A DNA stretch of 64,000 nt from Macrostomum hystrix (Eukaryota > Animalia > Platyhelminthes). Where the stretch lies: positions 19,964,001 through 20,028,000 of the forward strand of contig CATNEN010000038.1 in assembly GCA_950097015.1 (NCBI GenBank), written 5' to 3'. Both the position numbers and the translations under genes were made by a program. The notes beneath the pieces were generated by a model, which made no database searches, was not told where the DNA came from, and saw nothing but the letters and a program-made list of their open reading frames with translations. This document shows positions 12,471 through 24,600 of the stretch, in pieces; the stretch's first letter is position 1; the number at the start of each line of letters is the position of its first letter.

Positions 12471-14272
12471 AGCTAATCAAAGGAAGTCTGGAATTCTGAC
12501 ATCCTGTTAAAAGACAGTTCCTTGCTTCCTTCGTTCGAAGTATCTGAAATCTAGTCCGAGTATATTTCCTGACAAGTGATTTTACTTTCTGACTCAAAAA
12601 CTGGAGCAGATGGCGAGTATACAGACTATTGATGAACAACTTGCTCAAGAATGTAGTTCGCATAGCGTAAGCTAAAAATCAAGCATGCAGGATCTCTTGA
12701 CAGCAATTTAATTAACAAACCTTCGTGACCAAAGGACTGCGTCGTCAGTTGCCATGCGCCTGATTTAGTTGATTGCTAGCTGCAAGCATGGTACCTCGTG
12801 CAGCTCTGATCAGTTTGGCTGCTTCAAAGCTCGTCTCTTGACTGGCCAATTTTTACCTTTCGTGTTCAGACAGATTAGGCTAATGCCTTAGCTCAGCGAA
12901 TTACAGTTTCGAGGAGGGGGGTTGGCTCCTGTCACGGATTGGCTGACGGGACCCTTTTACAAACCATCTAAGTCAAAGTCTCATTAAGGCCATGCGAGCG
13001 ATGCTCTTATCTGCATGCGTGTGCGCCAAGATTAATTGGCTTCCTCTGTGCCTGTATGCTCAGGAGCAGCTTTCGCCGATGTCTGCAGTCGAGTCGGAAT
13101 CGCGTAAAAAATTTACCAAAGCGAGTAGTACGCTCCCTTTTAGGACTGTCATTTTTTCTTCGGATCTTAGCTAAGGCGGCTGCTGCGACTGCTGCAACCA
13201 CTTGGGAGTTGGATGCTGAATCCGTGATGAAGCGCTTGCAAGCTTAACAAAAAATAAATTATAAGGAACTCAAATAAGTTAGTTACAAGGTTTCGTATAA
13301 CCACGCAGGTACCTGTACCCGACCAAGAGTTAGTAGAAAGTTGCAGGCAGCGTTAGTTTTTTTAACTGCGACCAAATTTTTTCAAAGAATATTTTATTTT
13401 TATAACTTTCGTCAGAAGATTGTCAGAAAATTATAGTTGAACAATAGAATAATAACGATTTTCTGGTTGATAAAATCAGACAGGAACAATTATAAAGTAA
13501 GCATTCAGAACACGACGTTGATCGTGTGGGCGGATATAGAAAATTCTAGAGAACAATGACTTGGCTTAATATTTGCAGTGCTTTCTTGATTTGGTCAGAG
13601 CTTTTTTCATGGGACCCAGCAGAACTTGAATGTTCATTCGAGAAATGTATTCTGGCTAACATCACACTGAAATACTGAATGATTCGTATATTTCATCGCT
13701 GAAAAGAACAGTTTTGTTTAATTGGTTATAATAAAATAATTGTCTGCTAAAAATGGATAAATTAAATTAATTACTAAAAAAGCAATCAACGTTGTAAAAT
13801 TATCAATTCTAGCAAGGGAACATAGCTCGTACTATACAATACTTTTCGTAATAAAACGCGAGTATACATTCGTTGAGCGAAAGTCGTTTATAAAATTTAA
13901 GACGTGTTTTGTGACAGATCATTTTAGCAGTGACCGCGCATGAAAAGTTGAGCCTTGAAATCAAAGAATATGTGACCTATACTTGGTCATGCTGCGAGTA
14001 GCTTGTACCGTAGTCTAGTGGTTAAAGCTCGGGACTTCTGACTGAAATTTCGGGAATTTAAATCACAGTAAGTACCATCAGCAGCCAGAAGCTATTTTTG
14101 GCAGGCTCGTTAATGCGCTCGATCTGTTTCATTTGATTGAGCAAATCTCAACGAAAGTTTGATATTCCAGAGCCTTCTACTCAGAGTAGTAGAAAAGTAC
14201 TTTTAATTATTTAAGCTCAGAAAGTTGAAAAAATGTTGACCGCAATAACTTGAATCATCAACCAATCAAGCA

Positions 14273-17200
14273 TCATTTTGACCTCTTGAACTTCCTGTCG
14301 CTGGCGCCGATCTCGCACAGCTGCAGCACCTTCGCTGGGGTCAGCGGCAGCTCGAAAGTCAGGTTCAAATCCGGCTTGCCCTGCTGCTTCCGGAAGGCCT
14401 CGACCGCTCGCTTGATGGCGGTGACGCATGTGGCAGAGAGGCCGAGCGGCGGCTCCCCGATGGCCTTGGTGCTGAAGACGCTGTCGGTGTCTCCCGGCTT
14501 CTTCAGCAGGTGGACACGGAAGTCGCGCGGCACGTCCGCAGCCTGCGGCGGCTTGTAGTTCCAGGTGCCATCGGCCAGGTTGCGGCCGGTGTCGGAGTCG
14601 TAGACTGTCCTCTCGGTCAGGTAGTAGCCCATGCCGAACACGTAGGCGCCCTCGATCTGGCCGATGTCAACGCCGGGGTTCAGGCTCTTGCCAATGTCCA
14701 TCATGATGTCCGAGCGCAGGACGATGTACTCGCCTGTAAGGACGTCCAGCTCAACCTCTGCGGCGCCAACGCCAATGGAGGCGTAGCGGGCGTGATTGCC
14801 TTCTCGGTTCTTCGAGGTGTAGCTGCATATGCATTTTTGGAGGAAATCGAGCTACTGATATTCTTGTCTTAAAAAAACTTGTTGCAGCCATCGCTTGGTA
14901 CTTACGTGCCGAATGCTTTCAGCAGCACGCCGGACATGATGGCGGTCACCACCAGCTCATTCCAGCCAGCGTCCGGCTTCTTCTCCTTGAACGGCAGCAG
15001 GCGCTCCTTGATCTGATCGGCAGCTACCTTGGCAGCCATGGCGTTCAGCTCGCTGGTGGAGCTGCCACCGGTGCCATCCATCTGGGGCAGCATCATGCTG
15101 TCAGTCGGCTTGGCCTTGACCATGTCCAGTGTGGCGCCAAACTCAGCCAGCTGAGCCACAGCAGCTTGAGCAACCTTGGTTGTGAGGCCCTGGCCCATCT
15201 CCGCGCCGCTGTGGACTAGGCTGATGGTGCCATCCATGTGAACTGTCAGGTCAACCTCAGAAGGCCCGAATCTCTGATAGCTGATGTGGTACGAAATGGC
15301 TGACATGTCCAGGCCGCGCTTCTTGTAACGGTTTTCCTAAGCGAGAAATTTAATTTTTAATTCCATAAGTTTCAACTTTAAAACCTTCAAAAAAACAATT
15401 GTTTCTTGCTATATCAAGGTGGATTTAGTCCATATTCACCTTGTTGAACTTTTCGATCTCTCTGCGACGCTTCTCAATGTTGGCCTCGTCGTAGAGTTCG
15501 TCCCACATTCGCGACAGATTGTTGTCCGCGCGCTCCATTCCATGCTGGTCGATCTGGCATTGGGTCATACGAGACATCAGACATTAGGGATGAAGTTCAC
15601 CAAAGAACCTACGGCTCAACCGGGGGATGAGTGGCAGAGCGGTTAACGAGTTTGCCTCTCGCCCCAAGGTCCCTGGGTTCGATTTTGTTGCGAGGCCACA
15701 TTTATTTCGGGTACAGCCGCGGAGAGAAGGCTTGGCGGCTTGTCGTGCAATTTACGCCCTTGAGGGCCAGCCTCCAAGACACAGTGAAAGTGTACACTGC
15801 CTGACGATGAGAAAGGCAGGGCAGATGAACACCGCTGTGCGACTGTGTGCCTGCGTAAAATATCTGTGTGCGGGTGTGCTCAGGAGTCAGTGAAATGGGC
15901 AGAATTGCCTCCTCGCCAGCCGCGGGTCTAGTGTCACCAAATTATGTGCCATTGCCCGCTGTCCACCTGCTGTTATTATTATTATTAACGGTTCAACTGT
16001 AGAGACGACATTGAATTCAGCCGAGCTGCAAACAGGGCAAGTTCACAAACCTGGCCAGCCCGGTAAAGATTCTTTCGCTTGAACTCAATGGGGTCCATCT
16101 TGAGCGCGTGAGCCAAGTGATCCATCATGAGCAGATTGAAAATGGCAGCCGGCGCAGCGCCAGGCGACCTGACCGCGGTGGCCTGCGGCTTGTTGGACTT
16201 CAGATAGGTGAGGTCCCGCTTGTAGGTGTCAGAATGGTAGGCCTGGTCCAGAGAGTCGTCCATCTCGCGACCAATCAAGGTAATGAAGTTGCAATTGTGA
16301 CCAGCATCTAGGGCGGAGTCCCAGTGGACACTGCGCACATTGCCGTCCTTGTCGGCTCCCGCCTTGTAATTCGCGATCACCATGGGCCGCTTCTGTCCGC
16401 CTTGGGCGAACTTGTCCAGTCGCAGGTACATGCGACAGGGGCGGCGAGTGATGTCACACGCGATGGCGCACACAGCAATCACATGATCGACCTGCATTCA
16501 AAGTAATATGCACACCTGAGAGAGATTCAAACTCGCTATGTGCATACTATTTCCCTGTTGCGAATACTTGTACAAGCTGAAAACTTAAGCCGGATTATAA
16601 GCTAAAAACTCGAAATCTCGTTTCGTCGTTTCTTCGAAAACATAATTTTCAAAATTAAAAACAACTTTAAAACGACTAAACTACTTTCAACTGTTTGAAA
16701 ATGTTAAGCTAAACATCTCTAATTGGGCCGTTAAATTTGATGAAATTTTAGGCATAAATTTTTGGATCCAAGTCCAGTGGGGACAGATTCTGACTTCTGG
16801 TCAGGAGTTCGAGCCTCAGCCACCCAAAATATAATATGGGTGGGTGTAGCGGCCTCCGTCAGTCCATGGACTGATTAACAGCAGTACACAGCATTTTGTG
16901 ACATCTGGTGGAACTGGTCTAGACGTAATTCCAATTTACCTTAAAACACAGAACGTAGTAGATCTAACTCACCATCAACATTTTGCCACCAAAGCCGCCA
17001 CCAATGCGTGGACTGATGGCCCGGAACTGGTTCCTTGGACGGCGCATTACTTTGGACAGCATCACCGTGACGCCTTCAATCCACTGGTGCGGCGCGTGCA
17101 CGAGGAAGCCCTCCTCAGTCAACCGGACGCTCGCAGTCAAAGATTCAAGGAAGAAGTGCATCTGCTCTCCCACGGCTACTTCGCCTTCGATTTGGACAGG

Positions 17201-20200
17201 CTGTTTGGCCAGAGCCTCGTCGGCGTTCTCTTTCGAAGCGCGCTGGGCGTCCTTGAAGTGAATGGACTTCTTGGCGATTGCCTCCGTGATGTGCACGATT
17301 GGCTCGGCATCTCCGGCTTCAAACTGGACCTCGACAAGGCTGGCGGCCCGATCTGCGGCCCACTGCGACTCGGCGAGTACCACAGCCAATGGCTGGCCAG
17401 CGAAGCCGACTGTTGAAGATGGAAAGATCTCATCGGTTTGCCTGTGAAATGAGAGGCACGTTTGGCGGTGACCGTGAACTCTTGCCGCAGAAGTGGTTAT
17501 TAACACATGGATGTACTTTTGTATTTATGTACTTTCGTATTTATGTACTTTCGTATGGATGTTTCGTATGGATGTACTTTCGTATTTATGTACTTTCGTA
17601 TGGATGTTTCGTATGGATGTACTTTCCTATGGATGTTCTTTCCTATGGATGTACTTTCCTATGGATGTACTTTCCTATGGATGTACTTTCCTATGGATGT
17701 ACTTTCCTATGGATGTACTTTCGTATGGATGTACTTACAGCTCTGGTGGGAAGATGGGCAAAGTCGTATTGTTAGTGTATTTTCCCTCCAAGTCCTTTAG
17801 AGTGATCATACTGTGATAGCCTGGCACTTTCTGAAGTAAAAACGGAAAAGTGCTAGACAGTGGGTCTTTTTTGAAACTACAAAAAATAATGATTAACGAA
17901 CCTCGGCTTCTTCAGTCTCAAAGCCAGTGACCTTGATGGCCGCTTCAGGAGCCACAACATAGGACAGGAACAGCTCGTTGGCGTGGGCGGGGAAATCGTT
18001 GACGTAGGTGGCCTCGCCGGATGTCTGCGCCTTCGACTCGAGCTTCCTGACCGACTGGCCCAGCGGCGCCGGCTGAAGCACCTCTTCGAAGTCCTGTTCA
18101 CCACGCTGCAGAGGCCGCGTCAGAACTGGGCCGCCTGAGCGAGCGGCGCCCTCCACTGCATCGCTGCCGATGTCCAAGATGGCCTTGTAGAGAAGGTTCA
18201 CGGCCAGCTGGCGACGGTGCTCCGGCGAACTAGCCGTCGCTTCCTCCACCGGCACAACCTCCGACTCCAGCACCTTCAGTGCGGCTAAAATGTTACGTTT
18301 CTTTAATGTTTTTCTTGAAAAATATTGACGCAAAATTATTCTAAAGGGCCACTTACACTGAACGACTTCTTCATCCAGTAGACTCTTGTTGAGCAGAAAA
18401 TTCTCTGTTTTAATGGCGTGGTTCTAAAAGAAAGTGTGTCTCATTTATCTAGTGATAATAAACGAATGATTTAAATCAAGCACAAGTGACCTAAATTTCA
18501 ATCTCTAGGACTCACAAATTTGTCCGAAATTCCACCAATCAGGATGCTAGGCCGCTCTGTCACTTGGTAGTTTCTCTTCTTATCCACCGCAATTTGGAAG
18601 GCTCCGTTGACATAGGCGTGCGCGTTCTGGAATATATTTAGAACTAAGATGCATACACACTACTGATTTGATTGGGTAAGGAAATATAATGCGAGTATTA
18701 AATAATGATTTTTATCTAGCGTAAACAGGTTCAACTGAGCTGTGACCCCGAGCATCGATAAGACGCTGGACTTAGAGATTTGGACTTAGTTATTATTATT
18801 GTTATCTGATTCCAAGCAAAAATGTTCGCCTCAAGGCCACAAATAATCACTGAAGTAAAATACGTTACTGTATCGTTTTTATAAGTTTCTTTCTTAGCTG
18901 AGCTCTTTTAGCGAATCTCACCAGCTGCCGAGGCGTGATCTTGAAGGACCGGTAGAAGTGCTGGTCCGTCGAGATGGCGGGCAGCTTGGCTGACACGATC
19001 ACCTTGCCCCGCATGTCCAGCCTCAGAAAATCGGTCAGCACGTGATCCTGAGTGCCCTGGTCATCCGCAACCCTGATGACAGTCTTGGCAGCCTCCAGCG
19101 TGATGAACACATCCGATGGGAAGTCCTGGTGGCTGTGCTTCATCATGAGGTTTCCGGCCCAGGAGGCGTTCGCGCGGACGGCCTGGTTGGCCACCTGCTG
19201 GTAGTGGTCACTGATTCTGTCGAGATGGGCCAAGCCGGGCACCTTCGCAGCGGCCTCCTTAAAAGTGTCGATCAGCTCGCGCAGAGTCACCGTGGCGCCA
19301 ATCTCCAGGCCTGACTTGCTCAGCTGCAGCGAGTGTCAGGTGTTGAGAAGATTTTGAGCTCATTGTCACTAGCTCTGCGATGTACTCTTTAGTGACTCAC
19401 CTTGATGCTGTGCAGCTCGGGCACGTTGCGAACGTTGATGAAGCAGTTCACGAGGACGTCCTCTTTGAAGACTCCGGCGGAGGTGTTGCCGCACAACAGC
19501 TGGTAGTCGTCGTCCTTGTAGCGCTTGAGCAGCTTGAGCAGCTGGTCCAGGCTGCCCGGGTTGTAGAAGCGCTGGCCCTTCCAACCTCGAGCGATCGGGA
19601 TCACGCCGGATGTGGGCGGCTTCAGGATGTTCTCAGCGCACAGGCTCTGGTTCATTTCCTGCCGCGGTAGCATGAGCAGCTCAGCGAGTTACATTTGAGC
19701 TGTCTGGAATTGAAGGGCTTTAACACTAGTCCGGTCCACTCACCTCAATGTCGACGCATTTTCCATTCTTGGAGTCGCAGGCGAACGACTTCATGCCGTC
19801 GAGAATGGACCTGTAGCCGGTGCAGCGGCAGATGTTGCCGTCGAAGAAATGCTCAACCTGCTGCATTGTGGGCTTCTGGTTCTCCTGCAGCTGGCTGTAC
19901 ATGCTCATGACGAAGCCGGGAGAGCAGAAGCCGCACTGGGTGCCGTAGTGCTCGGCCAGCCGCTCTTGAATCGGATGGTAGGGCTTGCCGCTGCCTCCGA
20001 TGCCCTCGATGGTGGTGATGTGCCAGCCCACGGCCGAGTAGACCGGGCACAGGCACTAGAAAAAAGATAACTTGTAGGTTTTTCATACTGATTGGCTTAG
20101 CTCCGAGTTGCTCATTTCTATAATTCGGGACTCACAGAGTTGACAGGCACTGAGACCACTTCCTCTGTTGCCGGGTGCTTGTAGGTGGCCGTGACAACGC

Positions 20201-20450
20201 AGCAACCGCAGCCGCCCTCTCTGCACATCACCTTTGTGCCTTTGAGATTAAGCACTTCTCGTAGGAACTCATTCAGACTCGTCTCCGGGTTGCAGTCCCG
20301 AGGAACTAAGAGATTTCAATGCATCCTTTAAATGTACACAGCTTACACTTAACTGACTAAAACTACTAAAAAGGACTTACTTTCGATGCCTTTTCCATTC
20401 ACGAAAACGATTGGTTCACCGCTTGACGGTGAAATACCTCCAGAATACAT
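14273..20450 (-). CDS. Molybdo-flavoenzyme of the xanthine dehydrogenase/aldehyde oxidase family, aldehyde-oxidase-like (~1289 aa)
   Basis: 14 phase-consistent exons: 20381-20450, 20136-20305, 19744-20055, 19401-19658, 18922-19323, 18516-18626, 18357-18423, 17902-18284, 17739-17830, 16973-17441, 16051-16491, 15440-15553, 14906-15336, 14273-14822. Motifs: 2Fe-2S (CREGGCGCC, TQCGFCSPGF, GNICRCTGYR); FAD region (RANASWAGN, NAHAYVN); Moco (QMHFFLE, GGGFGGK, EMGQGL, DIGQIEGA, KAIGEPPL). Confidence 0.95.
15620..15985 (+). mobile_element. SINE family A, near full-length, intronic
   Basis: A box TGGCAGAGCGG, B box GGTTCGATT, (TTA)n tail. Confidence 0.9.
16790..16890 (+). mobile_element. SINE family B fragment
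   Basis: GGGTGGGTGT..CAGTCCATGGACTGA shared with family B 3' end. Confidence 0.55.
17507..17735. repeat. Minisatellite, ~16-bp unit (TATGGATGTACTTTCC), intronic
   Basis: Tandem copies abutting the splice donor at 17738. Confidence 0.95.
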
Positions 20451-21477
20451 TCTTGACGCCTACAAGAAAAGCTTTGGAAAAGCCAAGTTCTTTCACAAGA
20501 ATAGTTTGACCGATCGGTGAACTCAGCACCTTGTCTTGGTTGTTGACTATATACATGCATCGTTAATCAGGGCCACTATACTCTAGCCAATGCTATCGGA
20601 CTGTGGCCTCAAGCGCCCACTCAAAGTCGATCAAATCTCAGATAAGATCTCATTGCTAAATAAAACCGATTGTACAGCCGTTCCGATAAATCGCTGCAGA
20701 GAATTTCTTGGTTCTGCAGCTAGCCCCTGCTATCTCTTCTAAGCTCCTAATCTAAGGGGCAAATTCAGCTGCAAAATTACCTAAACTGGTTTTGTTTAGT
20801 GGTCTCACCTGTCTCACTCTCCTGTTCACTTATGCGGCGATATTATCGGCTTCACCTAAGCAACTTAAACTGATTAGTTTGCTTTGCTTGCACAGAAAAA
20901 TCTGCTCGGAAAAATATTTTGCGAGGCTTCTGACTTCTGATCTCCTTATCTGACAAGTTAACCGAACAAAGTTGCAATTTGTAACTACCTGGGCAGGTAT
21001 AATTTGTGGCCTTGCTGTATCGTTTGATGCTGTAAATCAATCGCGCCAATTGTACGAACTGATTTTAATCTCAAACATGTATTGCGTACTTTAAGATAAT
21101 AGAGTTTCGTAAGAAGAAGTCACCAAATGTTTATTTCAGTGCAAAAATATCTGAAAATGTATATTTTAGTAGCGCTAATCTACGAGCGTATAATACGAGT
21201 GTAAATAGTCATTGTCGTATTATCAGATAATCTGAATATATATATTTATAACTCACAGTGTTTTATTCAAAGTTATGCTCGTTAATACTTGATATGATAA
21301 TCAAAGGCTACAATTAGTTACATTTTCAGAAGTATTGACAGTTTTAGAAAGGTAACAATGGTCACAAAATACAGATCAATTTATATAATTTATTGAATAA
21401 ATAAATTTTGGGCGATTTCAAATCTTGTACGTCGAAAGTTTTTGTATCCATTTATTGTTTTCATATAGCATGACGTA

Positions 21478-21670
21478 CGGTACAAGACGAACGTATGGTA
21501 CAAGACGAACGTGTGGTACAAGACGAACGTGTGGTACAAGAGGAACGTGTAGTACAAGACGAGCGTGTGGTACAAGATGAACATGTAGTAAAAGACGAGC
21601 GTGTGGTACAAGACGAACGTGAGGTACAAGACGAGCGGTACAAGACGAACGTCTGGTACAGGACGAACGT
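21478..21670. repeat. 18-bp tandem repeat (GTGGTACAAGACGAACGT) in the predicted 3'UTR of the iGluR-like gene
   Basis: About 11 copies between the stop codon (21692) and a minus-strand AATAAA (~21451-21456). Confidence 0.9.
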
Positions 21671-21691
21671 CCGGAACTTCGCGCAAATAGC

Positions 21692-24600
21692 CTAGTCTTC
21701 ATCCTCGTCCACCACACGATTCCTCTGCTCCTGCACCCACTCGCTGTTCTCAAACAGTCTGGCAAAAATGCGGTTCTGTGTGGCGCTGTCCTTGCCAAAG
21801 TACTGCACTTGAATTTTCTGTCGCATCTTTAAGTTTAGACTTTTAGCCGTCTTGATCTGCAATGATATTTTTGCAAAACTCGCGTTATTCAATAGCGATA
21901 TGCTAAAGCAAAATAATCAAGACTCACCTTTGTGGGATCCGAGTGCAAACTGTTGTTAGCAATGAAGAATACTTCCTGTCTACCTTCTATCTTCACCCAG
22001 ACGCCCTCCTTGGTAACCTTGATTATCTCGGCCTCGTAGCTTTGGCCGTACTTCAAATCTATCCTGCTTCTGCGCCTGGCCAATAAGAGACTCACCTTCC
22101 TGTACATCCAGTGCAGGATTATGTACAGGAATCCCAGAATAGACCCGATGCCAACTGCCGCAAATAGGCCGGCGAAATAGCTAAAGCTCAGCGGCGTCTT
22201 ATCCGAAGGATTGATCACAGTCGTTGGGCAGCGGTTCAGCCCAAAGTACTTCTTCTCCAGGTTCTGGTAGTCTGAGTAGCGTATGGAGCTCAGGTAAGCC
22301 CTCACCTCGGCCTTGAATGGATAACTTTTGCTCATCATCGTGGTCTCGTAGACAACATCCTCTAGGGGACCGTAGGTCTTCAACCCGCAGTCTTTTGTCT
22401 TCTCATAGTTGACAACTGTGGCTGAGTCGATGTACACGTAATGATCCTTGGACTTCAGCAGCTGAATGGCGCCCGCAGTTGTTGACTGGACCATCTCTGA
22501 CGGCCAACCAGCCTGCGCCAGCTTAATCAGTCCAGGCCAGCGCTTCTGCACCGTTGAGTAAGAAATCGAGTTGTTCAGGAAAATTGCTCGATAGGATGTT
22601 GCATTCTGTAGCTCGGCAATTGTGGTAAATGGCACCGTTTCGTCTGGCTTCACCAGAAATGGAACCAAGTTACTAACGTAGGTTGTCATGTAGAAAAGCG
22701 TCGAGAACCACAGTAGCAATGTGAACAGACGAGCCGAAGGCTTTCGCGGCTCCGTCTCCACTTTGGACATGAGAAACGAACTCAGCACCAGGAAGAATGA
22801 CCCCATGAAGGTGAACATGCTTTTTTCACTTTTGTTCGGACTGATTTTATCGCTGACGAACAGAGTAACAGACAGCACAACCATTGAGAACACGATGCTA
22901 ATCCAAACGTACCAGGAAAACGGGTAGAAAACATTGAAAAAGTCCAGCTGATGAATGGTTCTCTTCAGCAGCATGATAACGCCGGACTGTACCAAGTTTA
23001 CCGTGCTCTCCGCATCTTGAAGCCGGTCCGCCACTGCGAACATGAAATTGGCGGAGATGTCCGCTTTCTAGAATGACAAAAACAGTGTGAGACAAATTAG
23101 TTAATGACATTTCATAAACTATGCCCGAATTCGCCACTAAACTCTAAAAACACGAGTGAAAAATTGTTAAATGGTTCAAGTACGGTTATTAGTACACGAG
23201 TAAACGACACAGTTTGAAACCCTTTGACTGCGGCCATAGACATTTTCAAGCGGTGTGCCTGCAGTGCCTGTGCCAGCAGGACGGAGCTTGTAATGCTTAG
23301 TGCACCAACTTTTGCTAATATTTTTGCCGATAACCAACAACCTCAAATTTGTAGTTAATACTCAATGCTCACATTCTGAGTCAGATATCCCATGATGCCA
23401 GTCCAGTTACCATCTGACCGTTTAGACCCGTACTGGCCGTCCTCGACAAACAGGATTTCGTATTGGAACTTGAGATTTTTCTGCATCAACTGAATCAGAT
23501 CGTAGCTGATTCCAGTTAGATCTCCGTTTAAATTGCGGTAAATGTACGGCTGGTCCTGAAGTAAGAGTTGTTGCTTTTTTAGCGACACTGTGTCATGGTG
23601 AAAAAGCCAGTCGTATCCTTACCAAGACCGCTGCGAATCTCACTAGCGAGTTCTGAATAGTTGTAGTTTTAAAATAGTCCACCTTGTAGGCAGGTGTGCT
23701 ATTTTGTACCCAGGTTCCAGCTTTAACTAGAAAGTCATTCTCTGGCCTCGATCGATCTGTGGTCATTACGCTCACTGATAGATCCTGCCGGATGCCATTT
23801 CGGTAGGCGAAGTATCCACTTTCGGCGTTGATAGATGTCTGAAAAAAGCAGAGAAAATTCTGCTCGAAATGGGCATCAGAGGGCTCGAATGCTATGTTGA
23901 CTTTGCTCGGGTAATTGAGGGTGGGTGTGGTGTCCCCAAGTCCATGGACTGAACAGCCGTACGCAGCCTTCAGATGGGACGAGCAATAGCTGCGCCTGTG
24001 CTGTCTAAAGCACATCTGACCCAGTTGTGGTATGATTTCAACTTACAGCGAGCAGTCCCATCACCAGAGTATAGTTGACTCGCGCCCTGCAAGTAGCGAT
24101 GGAGGCCACGAAGTGAAGAAAACAGTCCTTCAGGAAAACTTTCTGCAGCTGCGTATCGTTGTATCTCTCTAGCCTAGCCAGCGAGAAGGTATAAATGATG
24201 GCCGAGCTTCTGCGCACGTTTGCTAGATATTTCTGCTTTTCGTCCTGCAGTTTTGGATTATTAAATTTATCGCTTACTTTCCGAATCCTTAACAGTAGAG
24301 AGACCACGATATTTCCCGCCTCTATGAAAAACAACGGGGATATTTCAAATATCCACTGCCTACTTCACGACAGTTCCCAAACCGAATGATGCCGAATATG
24401 TTTTTTTATTCTTAAAGTTGTCTCATCAGACAGAGCGAAAAATTTTGCTTGTGTTTTGCATTTTCATGGCGTCTGATTGGTTGAATATTTTAGGAGATAC
24501 AGAAAAAATGTGGGTACCCCGTTGTCTTTCTGCTGTTAGTTGTTTTATTCGATTTACTGGTTGTGTACCTTGCAGTGAATCGGAAGGGTTTATAGGGTTG

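Noticed and set aside
13007-13247. Ala/basic ORF upstream of the calmodulin-like gene as a coding first exon
   Set aside because: No ATG found, and its donor phase (1) does not match the phase (2) needed at the 12371 acceptor; may be UTR.
15795-15900. CTGACGA...GAAA in SINE A resembling a hammerhead core
   Set aside because: CTGAC is sequestered in a hairpin with the downstream G(T/G)CAG, and I could not build stems I-III with a proper NUH site.
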